DNA of 64,000 nt from Planctomycetaceae bacterium (GTDB taxonomy: Bacteria; Planctomycetota; Planctomycetia; Pirellulales; UBA7805), in contig CACOUL010000002.1 of assembly GCA_902630355.1 (NCBI GenBank), positions 59,605 to 123,604 of the forward strand. Reading direction: 5' to 3'. Every line of letters starts with the position of its first letter. Within the stretch, counting starts at the first letter, position 1. The position numbers were made by a program, and so were the translations under genes. Positions 10,601-17,529 of the stretch are shown piece after piece. Under the pieces are notes generated by a model, which saw nothing but the letters and a program-made list of their open reading frames with translations, was not told where the DNA came from and searched no databases.

Positions 10601-11981
10601 GAAGGCCTGCGGGGGATCGCGGAAAATTACTCAAAAGACGTCGCGATGTAGCCAATTGCCTATCCCACTGACCCAGATTCTGATAACAGAGAGCCATCAG
10701 GGCATCGATTTCGCCAACCGAATTTTCAGAAATTGCTAACATCCGTGGCCGAAGATCTCCGAGACGCATCAATGCCAGGGTCCATTTCCCTTCGTGCATC
10801 AGCAGTCGGGCTTCTGCCATATCGATCGATTCGCGATTGATGTTCAATTCTTCCATGACCTCAATCAGGTCGCGAGCCTTCTCGGGTTGATCTGCCACGA
10901 GATGCGCTAAGAACAACTCCACAATTAACTCGGGATCGTCCGGAAGTGCCTCCAACCCCTTCTCTATATAGGCAATACCATTTTCTCCAGCACCACTATT
11001 GCGGGAGATCCGCGCCTGATCGATATAGAGTTGTCTATTCTTCGGTTCGATTTTCTGAGCCCGCTCAAGATATTCGAGCGCCTTGTCGTACTGTTTCTCC
11101 CGACTTTCCAAAACGGCGATGCTCCGGAGACACTCGATATGCTCGGGGTCAATGTCCAGGCATTTTTCAAAGCTTGACCGCACCTTCTCGTAGTGTTTTC
11201 GTCGATGCTCAACCGAACCCTCTTCGTAGTATCTTCCCCGGATATGAAAAGCCTCTGCGGAATCGGGGTTGAACTCAACCATTTTTTCAATCCCTTGATC
11301 GGCAATCTCCTCATCCTTGCGGCCCTCACCCCGCTCCCGGTAGGCCATCGCAAAAAGCAAATAGGCCTTGGGCATATCCGAGACCAGCGCTTGCCGAGGA
11401 TTGAATACTGCGGGAATGTCATCCTTGACCTTGATGTAGCCTATCAGGTCGTTTGCCTTATCGATTGCCTTATCATACTGACCGAGCGCGCCAAAACTAT
11501 TCGCGTAGATGTACTGTAGTTCCGGATCGACAACATCGCGGGCATACAGGGCCTCCACCTGCTTTTGCACCAGGGCATAGGAACCCTGTGCAATCAGCAC
11601 ATGGATCAAACGACGGCGAAGATCGTCACGTTCCGGTTGACTTCGAAGCAACCGCGACAACTGACGGAATGCCCGCCGCTTCTCTGTGAAGGTGGCGTCG
11701 TCCAATTCGGCAATATCGGCGGCCAGCACGGCAACGTGCTCGCGAGTCTCCTGGTCGGACGGCCTGAGCGCAAGATACTGGTTGAATATGGGCAAGGCTT
11801 TTCGCAACTCACCCTTGGCCTCTTTCTTCTCCGCACGCTCGCGGATTAACGATGCGGAGCGTCCCGAGTTCAGGTACCAAAAACCGTATCCGGCGCCGCC
11901 CGCGATCACAAGGCTGATAGCAAAAATAACTAAAAACTTGAGATTGATTCGCCGCATCTCTTTTCCTTCATTCCCGTTCAT
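7641..11981 (-). CDS. Giant membrane-anchored TPR-repeat protein (1446 aa), paralog B
   Basis: N-terminal TM segment FLVIFAISLVIAGGAGYGFWYL. It shares blocks with paralog A, for example EEIADQGIEKMVEFNPDSAEAF vs EKIADRMIDRMVALNPENAEAF, and LLDTRAMALMGNRQFDEAIRDLQQATLF...YHFHLALAHQGRDD vs LLDTRAIIHIEEGEYDQAIEDLNEATLF...YYFHLALAHQGKDD. The likely start is MRRINLK at 11957. Confidence 0.85.
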   Translation of the reverse strand: MNGNEGKEMRRINLKFLVIFAISLVIAGGAGYGFWYLNSGRSASLIRERAEKKEAKGELRKALPIFNQYLALRPSDQETREHVAVLAADIAELDDATFTEKRRAFRQLSRLLRSQPERDDLRRRLIHVLIAQGSYALVQKQVEALYARDVVDPELQYIYANSFGALGQYDKAIDKANDLIGYIKVKDDIPAVFNPRQALVSDMPKAYLLFAMAYRERGEGRKDEEIADQGIEKMVEFNPDSAEAFHIRGRYYEEGSVEHRRKHYEKVRSSFEKCLDIDPEHIECLRSIAVLESREKQYDKALEYLERAQKIEPKNRQLYIDQARISRNSGAGENGIAYIEKGLEALPDDPELIVELFLAHLVADQPEKARDLIEVMEELNINRESIDMAEARLLMHEGKWTLALMRLGDLRPRMLAISENSVGEIDALMALCYQNLGQWDRQLATSRRLLSNFPRSPAGLRTQGQSLMAMQKYDEAMDVFNRLQQLIGREEFFADTGLRDTYMELLFELGKESPRYNEQLRRLQRGIYESENIEAIDKAMVEVRALIAEDKNDEALAKLESYLVEYPDSEDIQDLYLASVTKISGPGEALEYLEQVTTRPENPWKDRPRFLAARMEWISALGGFDAVKKIKSLEPLIRNYEAEDQISLWLSLSRAHFALARGMQEVDHCLAEAQKLSPVSREIAELRFESALLKNSENALLQALDQTEKTFGRGSDLWTHQRARYLIWSNSLETEELDWLQEVEALAATIEDIRPRWHRLHQLKGLIADLKGKTEEAIEHYQRSLEFGPMDMEIAKTLTNLLISEGRVSETQDVMDRLDVVPASMIQTQILLHALSGDNATAREWMKKINWDEVENVSNWIWRGRILSFMGDQAAAQKSLERAVQLDENNVNSARALIDFFAKNRPPLSTFRHLQFAENRLSESPEAQTLLADIYSRFTRYTPRLLNEHYLYRAVEADPENVNVQTKYVNFCVDNQRLDAAIAHLSSILEENKTEEKQNEPLAVWARQTLARVLSSQPNHQSFQQALGLIEANRVGGQLSQYDTRLKGFLLAQRDEPIYRQHGIRLLEMLPDRALKRREMLALAELYYMSDRWRECKNLMEQLNIQYPDDIDLLARYCEMLFEQRESNSGRNWLRKLKRVAPTSLPTMQMMALEAKLGGPVELRKFEKKMLDSLAQYGDPVPANQRVRIGKVLETAGLLEASEKQYELAAKQRPPLRFQQASYHLRHGKPDEAMSICNEMVDEKNVRAICTLLFSAMTSKPQDASPAHISQLSEWLDLAKKEYPDDWRVRIQEAFVRDMQGDTTEAVALLDAMDWDKLSEYEQGMVANNRAYFNIKLGQSDDLVEEDLKLAFKKLGPKIELLDTRAMALMGNRQFDEAIRDLQQATLFQPRTGRYHFHLALAHQGRDDQSSAREALDFAQSIGLLPEHLNPDENSKYESLQAWLKN

Positions 11982-12579
11982 GGTGTGCCTTGGGCATCCC
12001 GAAATCTTCGCTCATTACAATCATCTCTCTCCATGCGTCTCCGGTCTACTAGGCACTGACCCGTAACCGCATGGCATGGGTGAACGGTTCGTTTCAGCGT
12101 TTCTCAATTACCCGCCGTCCCACCGGTACCGGGCAACAAACCGACCGACCTGCTAGGAATAAGGGGCAAAAAGGACGGAAATTTACTAGGCCGCGTGTTA
12201 CGAGGGCGAATGCATGACGCCAGCACACCCAGCGTCGGTGCCCACCCTGCTCAGTGGCAAGAGGGGCAGGTCGTTGACACCAGTGAAACATCAAAGCCAC
12301 CACCCCCAAAAACCGGGCGAAAACGCGAAAACTAAGTGAAACACCCACTTTTCCAATGGTAACCACCACTCGATGGGTGTCAAATAATCGGTTCTCATCC
12401 ACGCAAGCATTCAGTGCGTGCAGTGCGTGCGTTGCGCAAAAAAGGTAAAACCGGTCCTAATTACGCTCGATGTTCACGATAAGTTCTGCCGATAACAACG
12501 ATCGTAACGAGTACGGCGAGTTCTAGGGGGGAATCGCCGGACCACGGGTGTACCGCAGGAAGGACATGGCATTCCCCCG

Positions 12580-14244
12580 ATGTGTAACTCTCTAATTCTA
12601 AATAAGTTAAAGGATCCGCGCGTCCACCGCTCTCGCGGTGAGGGACGGTCCAGCCGGGTGAGAGTCCCCGGAACCTTTGTCTGCCTTACCCTGCTGCTCG
12701 CATCTCTTGCCCCGTCGCTTGTAGAGGCCGGGATGCCGCACCGTCGTGTCGTGCAACCAAGAATTGAAGGCCCCGTGGTCCCGGCACCGAAAAATTGGGG
12801 GTATCGTCCCACACGTTGGATTCGCTGGGAAACCGACATCATCCATCCCTCGCTCGGCCCAATTCCTGCGGATGCGAAGAAGGAAAGCAAACAGGCCGAG
12901 GAATCCGGAGACGCGTCTGGCGAAGATCAGCCGGGTACTGCTCCAAAAGCGGACGATACAAAACAATCGAACGGTGATTCGCCGATCAGCGACTCAGTTT
13001 TGCCGCCGCTTCCGGGTGATGATTCCACCCTCCCGCCTCTGCCGAATCTCGATGAAGATTTACCACCCTTACCCGGGGAAGACTTCAACAAAAAGCCCTC
13101 CGGCTCCTCTCAAAAAACGGGGCCTGACACCGCGCCACCGCCGTCGCCACCGCAAGGGCCGCAGGGGCCTGCGTTCCGCGATCCGGACACCAGCTTCGCT
13201 CCACCGTCAACCACCGACAAACCGGGTGACAACGCCAGACCAGTGCCCTCACAGAAGCAAGGCGGCTCGATAAAGCCGGAAACAAAAAAACCGGCAGCGA
13301 CTCCGGGTCCGCCTGCCGGTCAGCCTGCCCCACCTGCGAGTGAGTCGCCGAAGAACAAGCCTGATGTCCCATTGCCTGAACCAAAAAAAGATGATGGGTC
13401 ATCCGGCGACACCCGTTGGGAGAAGCGGACTCGAGAGAAACCGGTACCAGCAGAGATCAAAAAAGAGACTCCGGATAAAAAGCCCGGAGAACCCTTTTAC
13501 GATCCTGATTCGATTTTTGATGAGCGAGCCGCGAGGATGCAGCACAATTCAAACCGGTGGCAAAAAGCGGGTACGGCACGAGAAGAACCGCAATCAACAC
13601 AGCAAATCGAGCGAACCGCACAACGGATGCCGGAGGACGATGGTATATTCAGTCCCATCACTCTCTCGGCGCCAGCCCACCACAGAACGGGCGGTAACAA
13701 TCAGAAGGCGGCAGAAGTGTTACAGCCAGCACAAGAGAAGAACTTCCCCGAGCAGGATTGGGCACGAGAGCACGGCAGTCGCAAATCCAATGCCAGCGGA
13801 TCGTGGAAGCCGGCAGGCCGAGGATCTGTCGCACCGCGGACGCCGCGGATCGATCACGCCGTGCGGCCTGCCAGCTTTGAGATCCCGATCACTCCCACAT
13901 CTAGCGCCGGTGCCAAACCGGTCGCGCAGAACGATCGGCCAGAGGCTGATCGCCCACCGGGTACGGCACCTGTAGCCGTAACCGCTGAGGGGCATCCCAC
14001 TGGACTGTTGCCACAAAGGGCTCCCACAGATTCTCACGCCGAGCTGCAGAAAAGCGAGGCAACGACGATCGTACCCAAGGCTCCTCTCGCAACCCAAAAC
14101 CCGAGGGTCGTTCGAAATCCGATGCGCGATCCCCCGGCCGGAGATACCGAAGACCGAGTCTCGGGGAAAAACCCTTTGCGAGCCCGTCGGCATCAAGAAA
14201 CTGCCGCGGATCTCGAGCACAAACGTTCCAATCCGCTCCGTTAG
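12580..14244 (+). CDS. Proline-rich, probably secreted, intrinsically disordered protein; function unknown
   Basis: 554-aa ORF with the signal-like VPGTFVCLTLLLASLAPSLVEA; an in-frame GTG at 12658 would give MRVPGTF.... It has a triple LPPLP motif (VLPPLPGDDSTLPPLPNLDEDLPPLPGEDF) and long P/K/E/G/S-rich stretches. The region is GC-rich and several frames are open, so the coding call is only moderate. Confidence 0.45.
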   Translation: MCNSLILNKLKDPRVHRSRGEGRSSRVRVPGTFVCLTLLLASLAPSLVEAGMPHRRVVQPRIEGPVVPAPKNWGYRPTRWIRWETDIIHPSLGPIPADAKKESKQAEESGDASGEDQPGTAPKADDTKQSNGDSPISDSVLPPLPGDDSTLPPLPNLDEDLPPLPGEDFNKKPSGSSQKTGPDTAPPPSPPQGPQGPAFRDPDTSFAPPSTTDKPGDNARPVPSQKQGGSIKPETKKPAATPGPPAGQPAPPASESPKNKPDVPLPEPKKDDGSSGDTRWEKRTREKPVPAEIKKETPDKKPGEPFYDPDSIFDERAARMQHNSNRWQKAGTAREEPQSTQQIERTAQRMPEDDGIFSPITLSAPAHHRTGGNNQKAAEVLQPAQEKNFPEQDWAREHGSRKSNASGSWKPAGRGSVAPRTPRIDHAVRPASFEIPITPTSSAGAKPVAQNDRPEADRPPGTAPVAVTAEGHPTGLLPQRAPTDSHAELQKSEATTIVPKAPLATQNPRVVRNPMRDPPAGDTEDRVSGKNPLRARRHQETAADLEHKRSNPLR

Positions 14245-14309
14245 CAGCAAGCGATGCAATACACACCGCCCCCTTCCCGTCGCTTGCGACGCCTGCTGTA
14301 CTGAGGTGC

Positions 14310-14804
14310 ATGTTCCTCTCTCCCGATGCACCTGAAGAAGAAGCGGCCCACGCGCAGTACATGCAGCTTGCCCTCCATGAGGCAGAGCAAGCTGCAAAAT
14401 CGGGGGAAGTCCCGGTCGGAGCGGTGATTGTTCGCCGTAGCCAGGTGATCGCCAGCGCGCACAACCAGCGCGAAACTCTCGCCGACCCGACGGCCCACGC
14501 GGAAATGATTGCCATCACGCAGGCTGCAGGCGCAATCGGAGATTGGCGGCTTACCGACTGCGTCCTCTTCGTCACACTCGAACCATGTCCCATGTGTGCC
14601 GGGGCCATCTTGCAGGCACGCATCCCCAAAGTTGTCTTTGGAGCACTCGATCCCAAGGCCGGTGCGGTCACTTCACTTTATCAACTGCTGGAAGATCGGC
14701 GATTGAATCACACGGTGAGCGTTACTGACGGAGTCCTTGGTGAAGCGTGCGGACAGATCCTCAGCGACTTTTTTGCAGCCCAGCGACAACTGGGAAAAAA
14801 ATAA
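14310..14804 (+). CDS. tadA: tRNA-specific adenosine deaminase TadA
   Basis: Shows the CDA zinc motifs HAEMIAI and PCPMCAGAI, the TadA-like VPVGAVIV, and a typical length of about 150-164 aa. Confidence 0.9.
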   Translation: MFLSPDAPEEEAAHAQYMQLALHEAEQAAKSGEVPVGAVIVRRSQVIASAHNQRETLADPTAHAEMIAITQAAGAIGDWRLTDCVLFVTLEPCPMCAGAILQARIPKVVFGALDPKAGAVTSLYQLLEDRRLNHTVSVTDGVLGEACGQILSDFFAAQRQLGKK

Positions 14805-14835
14805 ACCGCCGCCCACACAGGCTTACGGCGAGTGG

Positions 14836-15696
14836 CTACTGCGTCGCGTCGATCCCGTTGGCGGCACCCGCCGGGGTCATCATATTGCCGTACAACATCG
14901 ACATCCTGTCCAAATCTGCTTGGTCGACAAAAAAGAATTCGACACTCCCGTCGCAGTAGGCAACATTAAAGCCTTCCTGATGAAAACTACTCGGCCGACC
15001 CGTGGCCGAAGCATCGGAACCGGTCACATCGTTGAGCGTATTGGTTCCGCCCAGTTCGGCGACCAGCCCCTGACTCGTCTCGCCCGACGTATTCCAATTG
15101 GTGAGACTGGCACTCTCCGAGAGCAACATGGTCTGACGTTTCCCGTCCCGGATATCCTCCAGTCCGACCGAAGGAGCACCGGTTTGGCTTCGATCATGAA
15201 AAACGGCCGTCCAACGTTGATCCGTGGTATTTCCCGACGCGGTCGTCGGCTCTGATCCACCAGAATCTGCTTGTCCCGCGTTCACGGCATAACCGAGTTT
15301 CGCCTCGGTGCCCGTCTCTGCCGGATTACTGGGACAAATAAACATCTCAATTTGGTCTGCGGTGGTCGTGCCGGAACCCCATTCACGGTACCGCTGCTGC
15401 ATATCGAGATACGGCATAATCTGGACAGCCCACGGTTGCGCGGTCGCTCCGGAGCCGGACCACCACCCGGCAAATCGGCCTTTTTTGATCGCGTGATTCA
15501 GGTGGGCACCTGCGAGGTCCTTCATCTGTTTGGAACATTGGGTCTGACGGGCCTGCTCCTGGCCACTCATCACGGCGGGCAGCAGCAAGGCCACGAGCAT
15601 GCCGATGATGCCGATCACAACCAGAAGTTCCACGAGCGTAAAACCGACGTCCCGCTGGGGACATCGCCGAATGGGAGTCGCTTGCTTGTGCATCAT
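14836..15696 (-). CDS. DUF1559 / H-X9-DG prepilin-type N-terminal cleavage-methylation protein (pseudopilin-like)
   Basis: Prepilin site RDVG|FTLVELLVVIGIIGMLVALLLPAV and the C-terminal H-X9-DG motif HQEGFNVAYCDG. The 286-aa size is typical of the Planctomycetes DUF1559 expansion. Confidence 0.85.
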   Translation of the reverse strand: MMHKQATPIRRCPQRDVGFTLVELLVVIGIIGMLVALLLPAVMSGQEQARQTQCSKQMKDLAGAHLNHAIKKGRFAGWWSGSGATAQPWAVQIMPYLDMQQRYREWGSGTTTADQIEMFICPSNPAETGTEAKLGYAVNAGQADSGGSEPTTASGNTTDQRWTAVFHDRSQTGAPSVGLEDIRDGKRQTMLLSESASLTNWNTSGETSQGLVAELGGTNTLNDVTGSDASATGRPSSFHQEGFNVAYCDGSVEFFFVDQADLDRMSMLYGNMMTPAGAANGIDATQ

Positions 15697-15997
15697 ATGC
15701 CTCGACTTGCTCTGATTGGTTCCGCTGCCCTTTTGCTCCGTCGGATTTACAAGGCTTGGAGGTCACCCTGTAGTGCCATTGTGACAGTTTCCGGCAAATC
15801 ACGCCAGTCTTTGCCCGATATACCCCAAAAAAGGTTCGTTTTCTCCCCCGCGCGGAATGTTATACCGCGGGCAACCCTGCGGATAAATCTCTGCGGCGAC
15901 GGAATTGCTTGACCGGTTCGGCCCCCGATTGCTAGGCTAAGAAAGGTCGGTCCGCAGAGGGTGTGATTATCCTTTCTGCGAAAATCCCCAGGGCAGT

Positions 15998-16789
15998 TTG
16001 GACAGAGGCGTGTCGATGCAAACCGATACCCGCTCGCACCCCCACACACGGGGCCTACCCTCCGCTCGCACCCGCACCGGTTTCACGCTCGTGGAACTTC
16101 TGGTGGTGATGATGATCATCGCGATGCTTGCGTCGATGATCAGCTTCGCCATGTTTCGCTCGATGCAGGCGGCCCGCGAGGCGAAGACGCAAGCGCTGAT
16201 CTCCAAACTGCACAATGTCGTCTCTCGCCAGTGGGATACCTACGTCACCCGGCAGGTAGCGGAAGGTACGCCGGAAGAGCAATTGGCGGCAATTCGAGAA
16301 CTGATTCAATGGGAAATGCCCGATGCGGCGGGCGATTTGGTCGACGCGCCCGCATCGCTGATCAATCAAAATATTACGGGGACTGTCAACGGTGCATCGG
16401 GGTATGTCGATGCCCAATGCCTCTATCAGTTGGTCCTGCAAATTGCGGATGATGACCTCGATCGGATCAACTTTTTTTCTGACGATGAAGTGAAAGATCT
16501 CGACGGCAACGGCAGTCCGGATGTCTTTATCGACGGGTGGGGTGAGCCAATCAGCTTCATCCGCCGACCGACCGGTTTTCCCGCGACGCTCTCCGATCTG
16601 AACGATCCCGACAGCCCCGATCCATTTGATCTCACCGATTCGCCGGCAAACGGAGTTTATTTCCCCCTCATATTCTCCGGTGGTCCCGATAAGACGGGCG
16701 GACTCGCCGCGTCGAGCGGAACGCCCAATGCGGGAAACGCCCACCTCGATAACATCCACAATCATCGGATCGACGCGCGTTTGCGTTGA
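15998..16789 (+). CDS. Type II secretion GspG-like pseudopilin (prepilin-type N-terminal domain)
   Basis: Prepilin site RTG|FTLVELLVVMMIIAMLASMI, with the GspG-like elements DGWGEPISF and SGGPDKTGG. The start is uncertain: the track start at 15998 or MQTDTR at 16016. Confidence 0.75.
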   Translation: MDRGVSMQTDTRSHPHTRGLPSARTRTGFTLVELLVVMMIIAMLASMISFAMFRSMQAAREAKTQALISKLHNVVSRQWDTYVTRQVAEGTPEEQLAAIRELIQWEMPDAAGDLVDAPASLINQNITGTVNGASGYVDAQCLYQLVLQIADDDLDRINFFSDDEVKDLDGNGSPDVFIDGWGEPISFIRRPTGFPATLSDLNDPDSPDPFDLTDSPANGVYFPLIFSGGPDKTGGLAASSGTPNAGNAHLDNIHNHRIDARLR

Positions 16790-16922
16790 GCGCAGAATCG
16801 ACTGCTCCCGGCAATAAGTCCCCACTGGAAATTCGGGAATCGGGGGGAGCCGCGGCCTCTCCCGGCCGTTAGCTGATGGTAGAGGTGGCAACGCGAGCTA
16901 AAGGTCACGTGTTGCGATCGGG

Positions 16923-17456
16923 CTAGCGATCGCTCGTTCGCGGCACGCGTCCGATCACTTGCGTATCGTTGACCCGCCGGCGATGTCCCGTGGGCCGCGT
17001 GTTGTAAGAATGCCCTTTGAGCCGATTGGCACTGTAGCCACCGTGCGCGCTCCGTCGGACCGGTCCGCCGACACGAGGGTCTTCCAGGCCTCTACCACTG
17101 CCACCGGCACTCTGGCGACCTTGCGGAGATCCCTGCCGCGCCTGCCGCTCTTGCTCCAGTTCCTTTTGCTGCTGTTCGAGCTGGTACTGTTGTTCCTGCA
17201 GCTTGGCTCGATCGGCCGTAATGCCCGCTCGGGTTTCTTGCTCCTGCTTGACAAAGTTGTAACGCATGAAGGCAGGGCCGAGCAACGGATTCACCATATT
17301 GACGTAGGGACTCACCTTCGGGCGCGTGTAGAAGTCAGGCTGGCTAGGGTTGTACCGATCCTGCGCGTCTGCCGGGCCGTTGATTCCAAGCACCAGTAAA
17401 CCGAGACCACCCCAAAGAATAAAATCGCCCAGCCAACCACGTCGATGAGTACGCAT
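16923..17456 (-). CDS. Secreted hypothetical protein with a Gln/Glu-rich coiled-coil segment
   Basis: Signal-like N-terminus GWLGDFILWGGLGLLVLGINGPADA, the coiled-coil segment KLQEQQYQLEQQQKELEQERQARQ, and a basic Gly/Arg-rich tail. It lies 73 bp downstream of the wza-like gene on the same strand. Confidence 0.5.
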   Translation of the reverse strand: MRTHRRGWLGDFILWGGLGLLVLGINGPADAQDRYNPSQPDFYTRPKVSPYVNMVNPLLGPAFMRYNFVKQEQETRAGITADRAKLQEQQYQLEQQQKELEQERQARQGSPQGRQSAGGSGRGLEDPRVGGPVRRSAHGGYSANRLKGHSYNTRPTGHRRRVNDTQVIGRVPRTSDR

Positions 17457-17529
17457 CGAATTCCTCCGTTTAAATCGGAAACGCCCGTTCCGCTAGGTGA
17501 ATTGTACCTTCGCTTTCCCCTGAGGACAA

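Noticed and set aside
12480-12660. GC-rich structured-looking stretch (CTAGGGGGGAATCGCCGG...GGTGAGGGACGGTCCAGCCGGGTGAGAGTCCCCGG) that recalled guanidine/ykkC-like or other riboswitch cores
   Set aside because: I could not lay the sequence onto any riboswitch consensus I know, and key conserved blocks are missing. Part of it may be coding. It needs an Infernal/Rfam scan before any claim.
13720-14671. Two long minus-strand ORFs (225 and 256 aa) overlapping the Pro-rich ORF and tadA
   Set aside because: They are Arg/Ala/Ser/Cys-rich translations typical of the antisense of GC-rich coding DNA. One runs straight through the well-supported tadA gene.
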